A stretch of 64,000 nt of DNA, from contig CAIIXF020000001.1 in assembly GCA_903813345.2 (NCBI GenBank), positions 6,386,001-6,450,000 of the forward strand. Direction: 5' to 3'. Every line of letters starts with the position of its first letter. Position 1 is the first letter of the stretch. This document shows, piece by piece, positions 25,301-36,700 of this stretch. The stretch is from Owenia fusiformis (taxonomy: Eukaryota). The notes under the pieces were generated by a model. It saw only the letters and a list, made by a program, of their open reading frames with translations, made no database searches and was not told the origin of the DNA. Both the position numbers and the translations under genes were made by a program.

Positions 25301-28300
25301 TCAAATATCTAACGTTTAAAAGTTCATCTGACCTAATTATTGAATGATGATACCTAATCATGCCTGTTGCACTGTTTTGCAGCTATTTGTTTCATTGTTG
25401 AAATGCTGATGTGATTGTTTGCACTAATATCAAAATTGTGTTTTTCCTTTCAGACTATCTTATCCAATAATCTGACTGGCAATAAACTGCTGATCTTGTG
25501 CAATCCTGATAATCCAAGTGAGTATGTCCCATCAAAAGGTCAATACAAGGTCATAAAGGATAGGGAAATAAAGAGCAAATGTATACTAACATGAATTGTA
25601 CACCCTTTACTGTAGTGTAGTGTTGTAAGTTTTGAAGTGTGCATTTTTAGGCATGGTTTGCCTCATAGACAACTGCGAGCTTGAAGAGCATACTCGCTTT
25701 AGCCTATATTATTGGTGCTATCAACACACCACAGTGTTTATGACTTGTACCTCTGTATTCGTGCAAAGACAATCCTTAAATTAATATTTATTATATTGCT
25801 TTTAGCGGGAACTAGTTATTCAGCCCACCACCTTGCATCATTAGCAACTGTCTGCAGGCGCCACAATATCATAGTACTTTCTGATGAGATCTATGCAAGA
25901 CTTCACTTCCAGCAAAGTCATGTGTCACTTGCTAAGGTACTTGAAAGTTATGCTTCTAAAATTAAGTTTCCGTATATAGAGTGGTCCAAAAAATGGGACA
26001 CTCGTCTTTCAAAAATAAATATATTTATTTTTGAAATATGAGTGTCCCATTTTTTGGACCACCTTGTACATGTAGTACAATGTACTTGTTTCAATCACTC
26101 ATGTGTTGATTTGGCAATTCAATTCATTGACTCGACTCCATTGAGATAAAGTTGCTGATCCATAAATTGTGCTTTTACAGGTTAAAGAACCCATGAGCAT
26201 TAAAGTGTCCCATAATTCATATGATTTCTGTCTCTTACTTCAGTACTATCCAGAGGGGACAATTCTTGGTTCAGGTTTGTCTAAATGGGCGAGTGCAGGA
26301 GGATGGAGGGTAAGTAATATTTAATGTTTAACTAACAAGGGCATATCCAGGATCTTAAACCTTTCTCCTTCAGTTCCACAGTTTTAGTTTAAAAAAAACA
26401 TCTGCAACAATTCTATATTTTTGTACATTTTAAGGCAGTTAGCTCACCTTCTTCATGTTTGTGCTGACAATCTCAGCTGACAGATCATTATCATTCAGTG
26501 ATCCTATAAGGTTAGAAATGCCTATGTTTTCTCAACAGTTCCTATAACATGTGGATACCCCTCCCTGTTCTATTACATGTGCTGTCTCAAAAATGTAAAG
26601 GCCCCTGGGTTAACTGTTTGTCTATTGAATATCTTTTGGAGGGAAAAAATGATCATTATTAATATAGATGTTTTTCTTCTTTTAATATTTATTTTATTTT
26701 ATAAAATTGCCAGATAGCATGTTCTGAATAGAAAAGAAGGGAATATTGTTACCTATTAAAAGAAAGTTAATTTTGCTGAAGTGCTACTGTTTGCTATGCT
26801 GTGCAATACTATACAAATATTTCATAATTTTGAGGTAAATACCTGTTCATCTTTCAATGATTCTAGCAAGGTGTATTCTGCGAAGCCCGAAAGGCCAGGG
26901 GAAATATTTGTTTTATAATTCACTGTTATATTCGGCACTCTCTTAAGCCCTGTATACACTGCAAATAGCATTTCAATTGTTTCAATTGTTTCAATCAATT
27001 CAATGGTTTCAATGCTTGCATCATTTCCTACGTTTCAATGCTTACATCATTTTGAACATTTCAATCGTTTCAATCGATTCGCCTTTGAAATCAATGTAAA
27101 GTTTCGCTGTTTCCGCCTGTTTCGCCGTTTAAAGCATTTCAATCATACGACCAATTCATAAAGAAACGGGCGAAATGATTGAAAAGAAAAACGAACATGC
27201 ACGTTTTTCGTTTCAAGCATTTCGCCGGGGCTTTTCAACCGTTTCAAGCATTTCAATCAATACGTCTCGAAAAATAAAATTACTGTTTTGCTGCTTTCGC
27301 CTGTTTCGTCGTTTCAAGCATTTCAATCAATTCGCCTAAACTGTTTTCACATTCTCTTTCATTTCAACCATTTCAAGCATTTCGGCCTTTTCGCCCCCCA
27401 TTTCAAGCAATTCGCTTGCCAGTGTATACACCCCTTTACTGTTTGGAGTGCCTTATTATGCCTTATTAGCTTATAAAAACAAGAATTATTAGAATTACAC
27501 TGGACGAAACGGCACTCCTTGTGAATACCCCAGTTGAATACGCCTTTTTTCTGACATCACAGGCATGGCCCCTGAATATGTCTCCTTATTGTTATGTCAC
27601 GTATAATGTATAGACCAATGAGAGTGGGGAATATGACAGTGATATAATAATTACTGTTAGGATGATGTGTTTATGTCTTACAGTTAGGATACCAAATATA
27701 TCCTCGAGAGCTGAATGAGTTAAAGGCAGCAGTGCGAAGTGCAGCTAGTCATACATATTCCTGTGCTGCAGCACCAATGCAGTATGCTGCTATTAAGGTA
27801 AATATACAATATATGAATGAGTTAAAGGCAGCAGTGCGAAGTGCAGCAAGTCATACATATTCCTGTGCTGCAGCACCAATACAGTATGCTGCTATTAAGG
27901 TAAATATACAATATATGAATGAGTTAAAGGCAGCAGTGCGAAGTGCAGCTAGTCATACATATTCCTGTGCTGCAGCACCAATGCAGTATGCGGCTATTAA
28001 GGTAAATATACAATATATGAATGAGCTAAAGGCAGCAGTGCGAAGTGCAGCTAGTCATACATATTCCTGTGCTGCAGCACCAATGCAGTATGCTGCTATT
28101 AAGGTAAATATACAATATATGAATGAGCTAAAGGCAGCAGTGCGAAGTGCAGCTAGTCATACATATTCCTGTGCTGCAGCACCAATGCAGTATGCTGCTA
28201 TTAAGGTAAATATACAATATATGAATGAGTTAAAGGCAGCAGTGCGAAGTGCAGCAAGTCATACATATTCCTGTGCTGCAGCACCAATACAGTATGCTGC

Positions 28301-31074
28301 TATTAAGGTAAATATACAATATATGAATGAGTTAAAGGCAGCAGTGCGAAGTGCAGCTAGTCATACATATTCCTGTGCTGCAGCACCAATACAGTATGCT
28401 GCTATTAAGGTAAATATACAATATATGAATGAGCTAAAGGCAGCAGTGCGAAGTGCAGCAAGTCATACATATTCCTGTGCTGCAGCACCAATACAGTATG
28501 CTGCTATTAAGGTAAATATACAATATATGAATGAGCTAAAGGCAGCAGTGCGAAGTGCAGCAAGTCATACATATTCCTGTGCTGCAGCACCAATGCAGTA
28601 TGCTGCTATTAAGGTAATATACAATATATGAATGAGCTAAAGGCAGCAGTGCGAAGTGCAGCAAGTCATACATATTCCTGTGCTGCAGCACCAATACAGT
28701 ATGCTGCTATTAAGGTAAATATACAATATATGAATGAGTTAAAGGCAGCAGTGCGAAGTGCAGCTAGTCATACATATTCCTGTGCTGCAGCACCAATACA
28801 GTATGCTGCTATTAAGGTAAATATACAATATATGAATGAGTTAAAGGCAGCAGTGCGAAGTGCAGCTAGTCATACATATTCCTGTGCTGCAGCACCAATG
28901 CAGTATGCGGCTATTAAGGTAAATATACAATATATGAATGAGCTAAAGGCAGCAGTGCGAAGTGCAGCTAGTCATACATATTCCTGTGCTGTAGCACCAA
29001 TACAATATGCTGCTATTAAGGTAAATATACAATATACAGTAGTAAGTGAATGCTGTAAAAAACTTTAATGATTATTTACAAAGTAAATAGGTTTTAATAG
29101 CATAGCGACATCTTTATTATCTTACCATAACTGATTATTAGCGCATGCCTGTTTTCATTCAATTTACACGTAGTCATAGTTGAGTAATCGCTTATAAAGC
29201 ATTATAGGCTAAGCTAGAAAATACATAAATTTAATTACAAATGTAAATACATGTAATATGGAAGAATAGCAGCAATTTGGATAAGAAATGGGAAATAGGA
29301 CAGGCTGGGGTCATGTGTCATTGTCTCAGTGAGGGAATAGTAGGCATAGTTAATACTTGCTTGGAGGCTCCCATAGAGAATTATGATTATGATCAGGGAT
29401 GCATGATACTTCAACATAGAGATGTGCATGTACATAAACTATGAAAATGCTTTCATGAATTCATGATTCTAAAACATCTGAATATGAATCATTTTTGTGT
29501 CATGTAAATGAACTATTTCAGCTCTTCGCCAATTCAGAAGCATGTGACGAATACATTAAAGCAACAACTAAGATTATGTCTACTTTGGGAAATTACTCTT
29601 ACAGGTGAGGGAACACCCCATTTACATAAAAATTGGGGCATTTGTTTATGGACTTATGTCACCACTAGACATATTTTTTGTTGACAGCAGTTGAATAAGG
29701 AAAAAAGAAAAAGTGTACCTTCGAGGTTCCGACATTTTGTAACCGAAATGAACTGTTTTGATAACCAGTGTAATCGAGTGGATCACAAGTTTAAATGCAG
29801 AGATTTCTTGGAAAATATTAATGCAAAACAGAGCTAATGTTGAAACCCTGTTGAAATATAATTGGTACATTAAATCGCCAACAATACCTTAATAATGATT
29901 CTGTTTTCCATATACCAGGGAACTGACATCAGTTGGTGTGAAGGCTGTGAGACCTAAGGCAGGGTACTACATGATGCCAGACTTTGAAGTGTGTAGGGCA
30001 GGGCTATTGAAGAAAGACTTGCACTCATGTGAGGATATGGTACAGTTGATGTTCAAAGAGAGTAAAGTTGCAGTAAGTGTTACTCTTTCTTAAAATCTTG
30101 CATTGGGTTCTAAATTAGAAAAATGCATATTTCCTTTCCATTCTGTTTTGACAAAAAATATGAAGGATTAGCATAAATTAGCAATGCCTAGTATAGTGTG
30201 ATGATATTCAATACATTTTATGAATAATACCCTTCAGCTTCTTCTTTTACACAAATGCACACAATTTTGTAGACTGGTGGTGATTTCTACAAACGTTTTG
30301 ACTAAGGTCACACAAAATTCTATATTCAACAATATCTCAAAACTATTGCTATTTTTAAGAATGTTGCAATTTTCCTTAATGTTGTTAAGAGTAAGTCAAG
30401 TAGGGAGAGCTAAATCAAGTGAGGTGATGCTTTTCTAAAAGCATAGAAAGAACATTGGATGTGTATGTGCATCAGTCTATAAAACTATGTATGGATTTTA
30501 GGGAAAATTAATTTATCTCATTTGATTTGTCAGGTAATGGCTGCTGGTCCAGCATTTCTACGTCCTGAGCATGAACTAACAACGAGGCTATGTTTCGTTG
30601 ATTTTGATGGCAAGCCTGCTCTTGAGGCTTATAGAGCCCTGGGACCTGACCCGACACTAGATGATAGCTTTATACAACAGTATTGTCCTAACGTGTATAA
30701 TGGCATTCAGGTATGGACCCTTAGTGAAAACTTGTATACATATAGTGAGGGAATACAATACAAGGGATTGCAGGTTTATTTTGGGGGTTTTATAAGGGGA
30801 TTTTGTAAGGTAATAAAAAACATTGCTGCATGTTTTAATGTCTTTTTAATGAGCGCAACGTCTACTGTTGGAGTAGCTCAGTCTTAATAGAAGATATGTC
30901 TATTGTAATTGTTGCTCATTTTATAAACTCAGTTTAGATATACTAGCCATGAGAATGCTTCCAACATTCAGGGTTATTGATAATTGGGCCCATTCTGTAG
31001 AATACATATATTATTAAGATGATCTTGTTCACTTCCAGGCCTTGAAGAAATGGGTAGTGAAGTATTCTGCTTGA
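22333..31074 (+). CDS. PLP-dependent class I/II aminotransferase, aspartate-aminotransferase-like (prokaryote-type subfamily), 11 coding exons, 437 aa
   Basis: Exons 22333-22555, 24279-24416, 24850-24977, 25454-25517, 25806-25936, 26244-26309, 27684-27797, 29522-29604, 29919-30072, 30534-30710, 31039-31074; all GT-AG and phase-compatible (1314 nt). Motifs FAFGQSPF, GPGTKELIF, SPSWTTY, CNPDNPTG, SDEIY, SGLSKWASAGGWRLG (PLP Lys), AGYYMMP, TRLCF. Confidence 0.92.
23100..23732. mobile_element. Degenerate MITE in aminotransferase intron 1
   Basis: gctggaattacac (~23105) vs gtgtaattccagc (~23715); internal repeated gattacacc. Confidence 0.4.
25977..26066. mobile_element. ~90-bp near-perfect hairpin; mariner-like mini-MITE
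   Basis: gtggtccaaaaaatgggacactc...ttcaaaaataaat|at|atttatttttgaa...gagtgtcccattttttggaccac; termini resemble the 19296-20386 element. Confidence 0.7.
26957..27424. mobile_element. CACTG-terminus (EnSpm/CACTA-like) MITE with TA TSD and ~10-bp periodic internal repeats, nested in an older element (~26913-27650)
   Basis: ta|cactgcaa ... ttgccagtg|ta; internal (tttcaa/tttcg)n periodicity; outer inverted pair tcactgttatattc / gaatatgacagtga. Confidence 0.6.
27712..29035 (+). repeat. 13 tandem copies of a 102-bp unit = 3' part of aminotransferase exon 7 + 5' splice site + first intron bases
   Basis: AAG|GTAA donors at 27798, 27900, 28002, 28104, 28206, 28308, 28410, 28512, 28614, 28715, 28817, 28919, 29021; one 101-bp unit after 28614. 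Confidence 0.95.
29690..29790. mobile_element. Solo arm of the Transib-like MITE family at 14837-15355
   Basis: gtaccttcgaggttccgacattttgtaaccgaaatg...aaccagtgtaatcgagtggatcac matches that element's terminus. Confidence 0.65.
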
Positions 31075-31865
31075 TCACCAGGGCCAGCCACAACACCTAA
31101 CCATGGGCTTTCAACTAATTGAAAGCCCATGGTCTAACTGCATCTATCATTATCTATGTATTGACACTACTTGGTGCTAATCTAATAATAGGATATAGGA
31201 TATTGAGAAGGAAATGGTGTATGCAGATGAATATGGATTACGTTCAATTCAAATCAAACATCAACATTGTCATTAGATTTTTGAAAAATATTGACGTAGT
31301 TTGAATTGACCTGTTATGTATTGAAAATCCTGCTAGTGACAATCAGAATTGTCTAGCATTGGTCTGTTTATCAAAGTTGATGTTGTGATTCTTGGGCATC
31401 AATTGATAAAAAAAACTTCACCCAGCTACACAACAGACAGTCAGTGAAAGTCAATCAACGAAGATTTATGTTCCCCGATTGTAGTTAAAAATAATGGAAT
31501 TTAACACTTACATTTTATTATTACATACACTGTATTTCGTATCTTCAAGGAATATACAAATGCTACTGTTTTTGGTATTTTAATATTACAATTAAGTGTA
31601 AAGTGTATTTTGGAGAGAAAGGAGAATTTGAAAGAGAATAACAAGTGGAGAACTAGTTCAATGAGAAGTGGAGAACTAGTTCAATGGGAAGAGTAGAGGA
31701 AAATTATCAGTGATATTATTTTACATAACTTTATTTATAAATGTTTTACAAGTTTAATTCATCCTATACGAGTAATATCGTAAAACTGTTGTATACAAGT
31801 TGTAAACTCCTGATAGAATGTTGCTCGTTGAATTGTTATCTAATTAAAAACACTGAAGACCTAGT

Positions 31866-32485
31866 ATCTAAATGTGAATCATCTTATAATGATGAATCTA
31901 AATGTGAATCATCTTATAATGATGAATCTAAATGTGAATCATCTTATAATGATGAATCTAAATGTGAATCATCTTATAATGATGAATCTAAATGTGAATC
32001 ATCTTATAATGATGAACCTAAATGTGAATCATCTTATAATGATGAATCTAAATGTGAATCATCTTATAATGATGAATCTAAATGTGAATCATCTTATAAT
32101 GATGAACCTAAATGTGAATCATCTTATAATGATGAACCTAAATGTGAATCATCTTATAATGATCATCCTCCTAAACAGGTATCCAGAATCCGTACCTCCT
32201 TCTTCCCCCTGCTATAACCAATTTGGAAGCGCCCGATTAAAATGAATCACGTGATCTTATTATGCGCAACGACTTATACATGATTTCTGTCGCAGTGTTG
32301 TGACAGCCAATCAGATTGCGAGTTCTTAATTGTGGAAAGGCTAACTGCTTATCGCAGGGGGTAAAAAGAAAGAATATATTCTGGATTTTGAAGCCCTGTG
32401 ATCAGAGGATGATAATGATGAACCTAAATGTGAATCATCTTATAATGATGAATCTAAATGTGAATCATCTTATAATGATGAATCT
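31866..32485. repeat. 30-bp minisatellite (10 + ~2.5 copies) downstream of the aminotransferase stop, interrupted by a MITE
   Basis: Unit atctaaatgtgaatcatcttataatgatga. Confidence 0.95.
32164..32411. mobile_element. 248-bp MITE with CAT..ATG termini and 8-bp TSD (P- or hAT-like)
   Basis: ataatgat|catcctc...atccagaat ... attctggat...gaggatg|ataatgat. Confidence 0.7.
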
Positions 32486-33795
32486 ACTTATCTACTAAAC
32501 TAAGGTTACAATGGCAGCTTTTGGAATCACTCTAGCTTCATTTTAATGAAAATACATAACCTATATAAAATATCCTTTAACTTATTAATTAGCTCTAAGG
32601 ATAAACTCAATATCAAAACCTGCCATTATATAATTGATTTATCTCATACATATTTTAATGAAAAGATTAAGATTTGGCAAGTCTAAAAAACATACATTTT
32701 CTCATACAGAATTGAAATATGTTCCTTGAGACTTTTAGTTATCTCTCAGATATCAACCTTACTATAAATGAGATAAATGTTTTATGTCTTCACCCTGAAT
32801 ATCTTGTAATATATTAAACTTATTGTTTGTTAAATATTTTAAATGTTTATTTTGAAATAAATTGGATATCAAAAATTGGATGTATCTTTGGTAAGAATCA
32901 CTTCACATAATATGTAAGATTGTACATGGTTGTTCAGCTGTTTATTGCATACAAGAAATTCTAGCACAAGAGGCACTTATACTGATTGAAACAGCCTTGT
33001 AGTATGGGACTCTTGATTTCATACAAATGTAGGGACTGTTGTTGATGGAAATATTGCAAACAATATTCACCAAACTCTGTATTATTCCATAATAACATTT
33101 TTTTCCCTGGGAAATAAACAGGGAATAGAATTGATATTCAAAAATCCTATATCAGTCAAAAATCCTGTATCAGATTCCATATTGAATCCCATATCAACCA
33201 AAATCCTTTGTCAGATTCCATATCAGAACTATTCCTGGGGATTTTTTTGATTTTTACAATTTTCATTCTGTTTTAAAACTTGTTAATAAAGTTGAAAATG
33301 TTGTATGATAAATCAAATTGTATCATTTTATGTCACCATCATTGGGTGATGACAAATCATACTTGAAAATGAATAAGTTTCAGAAAAATCATTATGGAAT
33401 AAATGGGTGATGGAATATGAATTTTTCCTGGGAAAATATGATATTTGCCTCGGAAAGTATCATATTGACACTCGGGCTGTCAACCTCAGTCAATATGATA
33501 TTTTCCTTGACTGATTTCATAATTTAACCTCTATCACACATCCTGTGTCCATTGATATTTCCAAGGTGATTTTAAATGGGAATTGTTTTGATATTCCAAA
33601 TGGTAAATGGAGCAAATGGATTTGAAAAAGAGAAATTACTTTTTTAACAACCCACAATCTCCCTCCCTTGAAACAAAATGCTGTTTGAAAGCCTTAACAA
33701 CACAATAAATAGTACTAGGCTAAATCTTAATTTACAGAATTACACATTTTGATGGAACTCAATCTTTGACTCAACCCCTAATATAGTGAAAATAT

Positions 33796-35647
33796 TCATG
33801 TAGGTTGAATATAAAAACCAGGAAGTTTTGACCTAATTCTTGGTTGTTTTTCCCAACCAAGAGAATGGTTAGGAATTTTTACTTTTCCCCCTCCTGGTTC
33901 ATGATTGTAATTGTCCAGAGATCCCACACGTGACTTTCCCTTCCACAGCATTGGCGATGTCCTTATTTGGATTTCACCACCACCTGGTTTATGGTATATA
34001 TTGTCCCTACTGCCAATTTTAGATTGCGCTAATTTGCTCGTTTGATTTTTACTTCTCACAGACTGAGGGACATAACCCATAGGCCTGTTGAGAGGTTTCA
34101 TCAATTTGGGAGTTTCATGTTGCGTTCTAACAGATTCCATCAAATATGGACTTCGCTGGTTATATCTAGAAATTGATTTATCATTGTTCATTTTGGTTGA
34201 CTGGTATAATGATCCATATGTTGGAGTATGACTGTTCCTTGTTTGGGCTTCACTTCTAGGACTTCCTTCATGCTCATAATTGTTTCTATTAGCAAGAGTT
34301 TTCTTTGGCCGTTTCCCTTTTCTTTTTAGGAGAAAGTTGGAATTGTATCCAGTTGTAGCACCAAGACTGTCATGGTTGGGAGGAACATTTGCATTGTAAG
34401 AGTTTTCATCATGTGATACATGGAGTGGACTCAGATGAACACCCTTGTGAGTGGTTTGTTTGTTATGTTTGGTCTTTTTAACTTCAACTTTGAACCCTTG
34501 CTTGTCTTTATATTGTTTAGGCTTATGTATCCTCGCTTCAGCTTTCTTAGATTTCACAAAATCACTTTCATCGATTATTTTTAATTCTTCCATATTTTTC
34601 ACATATGCTTCATAATCAAAATTTGGATTTGGTTCAGTTTTTGTGAAATAATCAACTCCTCTACTTAGTGGTCTCTGAGTTGAATACTCCAAGGCACCTG
34701 TATTAGAAGTCCTAAAAAATCCTGTAGATCCTTTCTTTGGTTTTTCATCCACCCACTCATTCATGGAATCTCCACTTATGTTAATGCTTGGGAGAGGCTT
34801 CCACTTTCCCCATCTCATAGTACCTTCAACATTGTTGATGTCCACATCTCCTCCCCCTGGTTTATAATGGATATTACCCAAAGATCCACATCTTGATTTT
34901 TTCTCCCATTTTGGTTTCTGGTCAAATATGGGCATGTTTCCACCCAAGGGCTTATGGTTGATATTATCCAGAGAACCAATTTTGGCTTCTTTCTTCCAAC
35001 AAATTCTGTTTTTCTCCAGAATAACATCCCCACCACCTGGCATGTGAGAGATCTTTTCAAGGGATCCAATTTTGGGCTTCGCTTTCCATTTCAATTTTCC
35101 TGGCTGAAACATAAAAAAACTTTTTACCATTTACATTTATCATTGCATGATATAAAATGATTATCAGCCATATATCTGAATGATAAATGAATTTGAATTT
35201 TTGATTGGAATCATGGAATAGTATAGACCAATTATAAGATCATTTCTAGTAATACCATCATCATTTTATTGGCTCTAGATATCACAAGTAAGCGAAGCAA
35301 ATGAGAGTTATCAACTCATCGATAAAAATGATATCACTCAAAATGATTTGATATTCTGGGGTTCGTTTTTCGTACGATCGTAACTTACGATTCCGAGAAA
35401 ACCATTTGTCTCTGTTTTGATGAACAATGACTTGCGACCAAATCGTAAGTTACGATGGTTTCAAAAACGGACCCCTGTATATAACGTACAAATGGATTAA
35501 TTGTTGAATCATGATTATCATTGAAAATGGGTATCTTTTAGAGTTGAACTTCTAGGTACAAACATTTTCTATTTCAAAATAAACAAGACATACCTTGCTT
35601 ATGTATCTGTATGTCTCCGGAGCAGTATCATCCTCCAAGTCAGACAT
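33796..35647 (-). CDS. Second tau/MAP2-family protein (453 aa): 3 N-terminal + 2 C-terminal microtubule-binding repeats separated by a long basic low-complexity linker
   Basis: Exon 35647-35594 (MSDLEDDTAPETYRYISK|gtatgt) joins in phase 0 to exon 35103-33796 (acceptor tttatgtttcag); repeats KIGSLEKISHMPGGG, KIGSLDNINHKPLGG, RCGSLGNIHYKPGGG ... KIGSRDNIYHKPGGG, RVGSLDNYNHEPGGG. Candidate non-coding upstream exon with GTATGT donor near 36548. The large exon could alternatively be a third last exon of the upstream tau gene. Confidence 0.75.
35359..35474. mobile_element. PIF/Harbinger-like mini-MITE (CTG TSD)
   Basis: ctg|gggttcgttttt...atcgtaacttacgatt ... aatcgtaagttacgat...aaaaacggaccc|ctg. 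Confidence 0.6.
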
Positions 35648-36686
35648 CCTAACAGTTTATGGCTGACCTTCCCCTATAATTTATATTTTGGTCATGTACT
35701 CTAGTTCTAATAGTAATTTGTTCCACTAGGTCGATGAAGAATTTATCCATTTTTAACAGTCATGAAGTTGTTTTTAATCACTCTTATTTTGAAATGGTCA
35801 TAACAGAAACTTTCTCAATTGATTTTTGTACATGGTACAGTTAATTTTGGTTTAGTAAACACATCTGTTTCGAGAACACAACTCTCTTATGAACTCATCA
35901 TCCTATCAGGAACAGATATTTCTTTTATTTTAACATTGTATTCAATTAATTTCCATAAAAAGTAGATGAAAACCTACTATACAAAAAATATGTATATCTC
36001 TAGTTTTCACACAGCATGTGTTTTTATATGCATGGTGTCACTGTATATTGATCTGGGCAAAGGTTTAATCCAAAGCAGGTTAATCTTTGCTTGTTGTTAA
36101 GGACATGGATTTATAACCTTTTGTGGGTGTTGTAGTGTAGTTCTATTAAATAAAGAACTGAAAGGGTTTGAATAAAGGGTTTTAATGCTTGACATTGATC
36201 GATTATTCAAATAGTTGATCCAATAATATATATACATTATTTATGAAAGTATATGCACAATGAAAGGGGGTTGCATTCATTTTAAATTACAAAACATTAT
36301 ATTCATACTAAACAATATATAAATATATAAAATATAAATATATGATTGAGCTTCTTTTGTTTGTTTTAACCCAGTGAAATTCATTAAAAGTCATTACCTT
36401 TTTTTGGAATTTTGAAATTAATTAAAACATTATAAAAATGAATGATACTATATTGCCCATGAATGGAATTCATTTATGTAACAGTTGAAAATCATTTTTA
36501 TTTTGCTGAATTGAAATAATGACAAGAATAAATCTAAATAAAACATACCTGTGATGTTTGCAATGTAAAGCAGCACTTCTCTTTACATTCACAATCTTCA
36601 AAGAGAAACTCTTGCTGAACTCTTCTCATTATGTGAAGATATCAAATTAATATCACTAATTAACAAATTACTCTGCGGCAAAGTGA

Positions 36687-36700
36687 GTTGCCATAGTTAC
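36687..36700. promoter_or_regulatory. RFX X-box-like motif upstream of the second tau-like gene
   Basis: GTTGCCATAGTTAC, ~140 bp 5' (minus-strand sense) of the candidate first-exon donor near 36548. Confidence 0.5.

Noticed and set aside
27712-29035. Regular array that might be taken for CRISPR or a repeat-protein gene (ORFs 27732-28631, 28628-29068)
   Set aside because: Units abut with no unique spacers, there are no cas genes, and the unit is a duplicated piece of aminotransferase exon 7.
31741-32498. CESSYNDESK / NHLIMMNLNV repeat ORFs
   Set aside because: By-products of the 30-bp minisatellite, which is also interrupted by a MITE.
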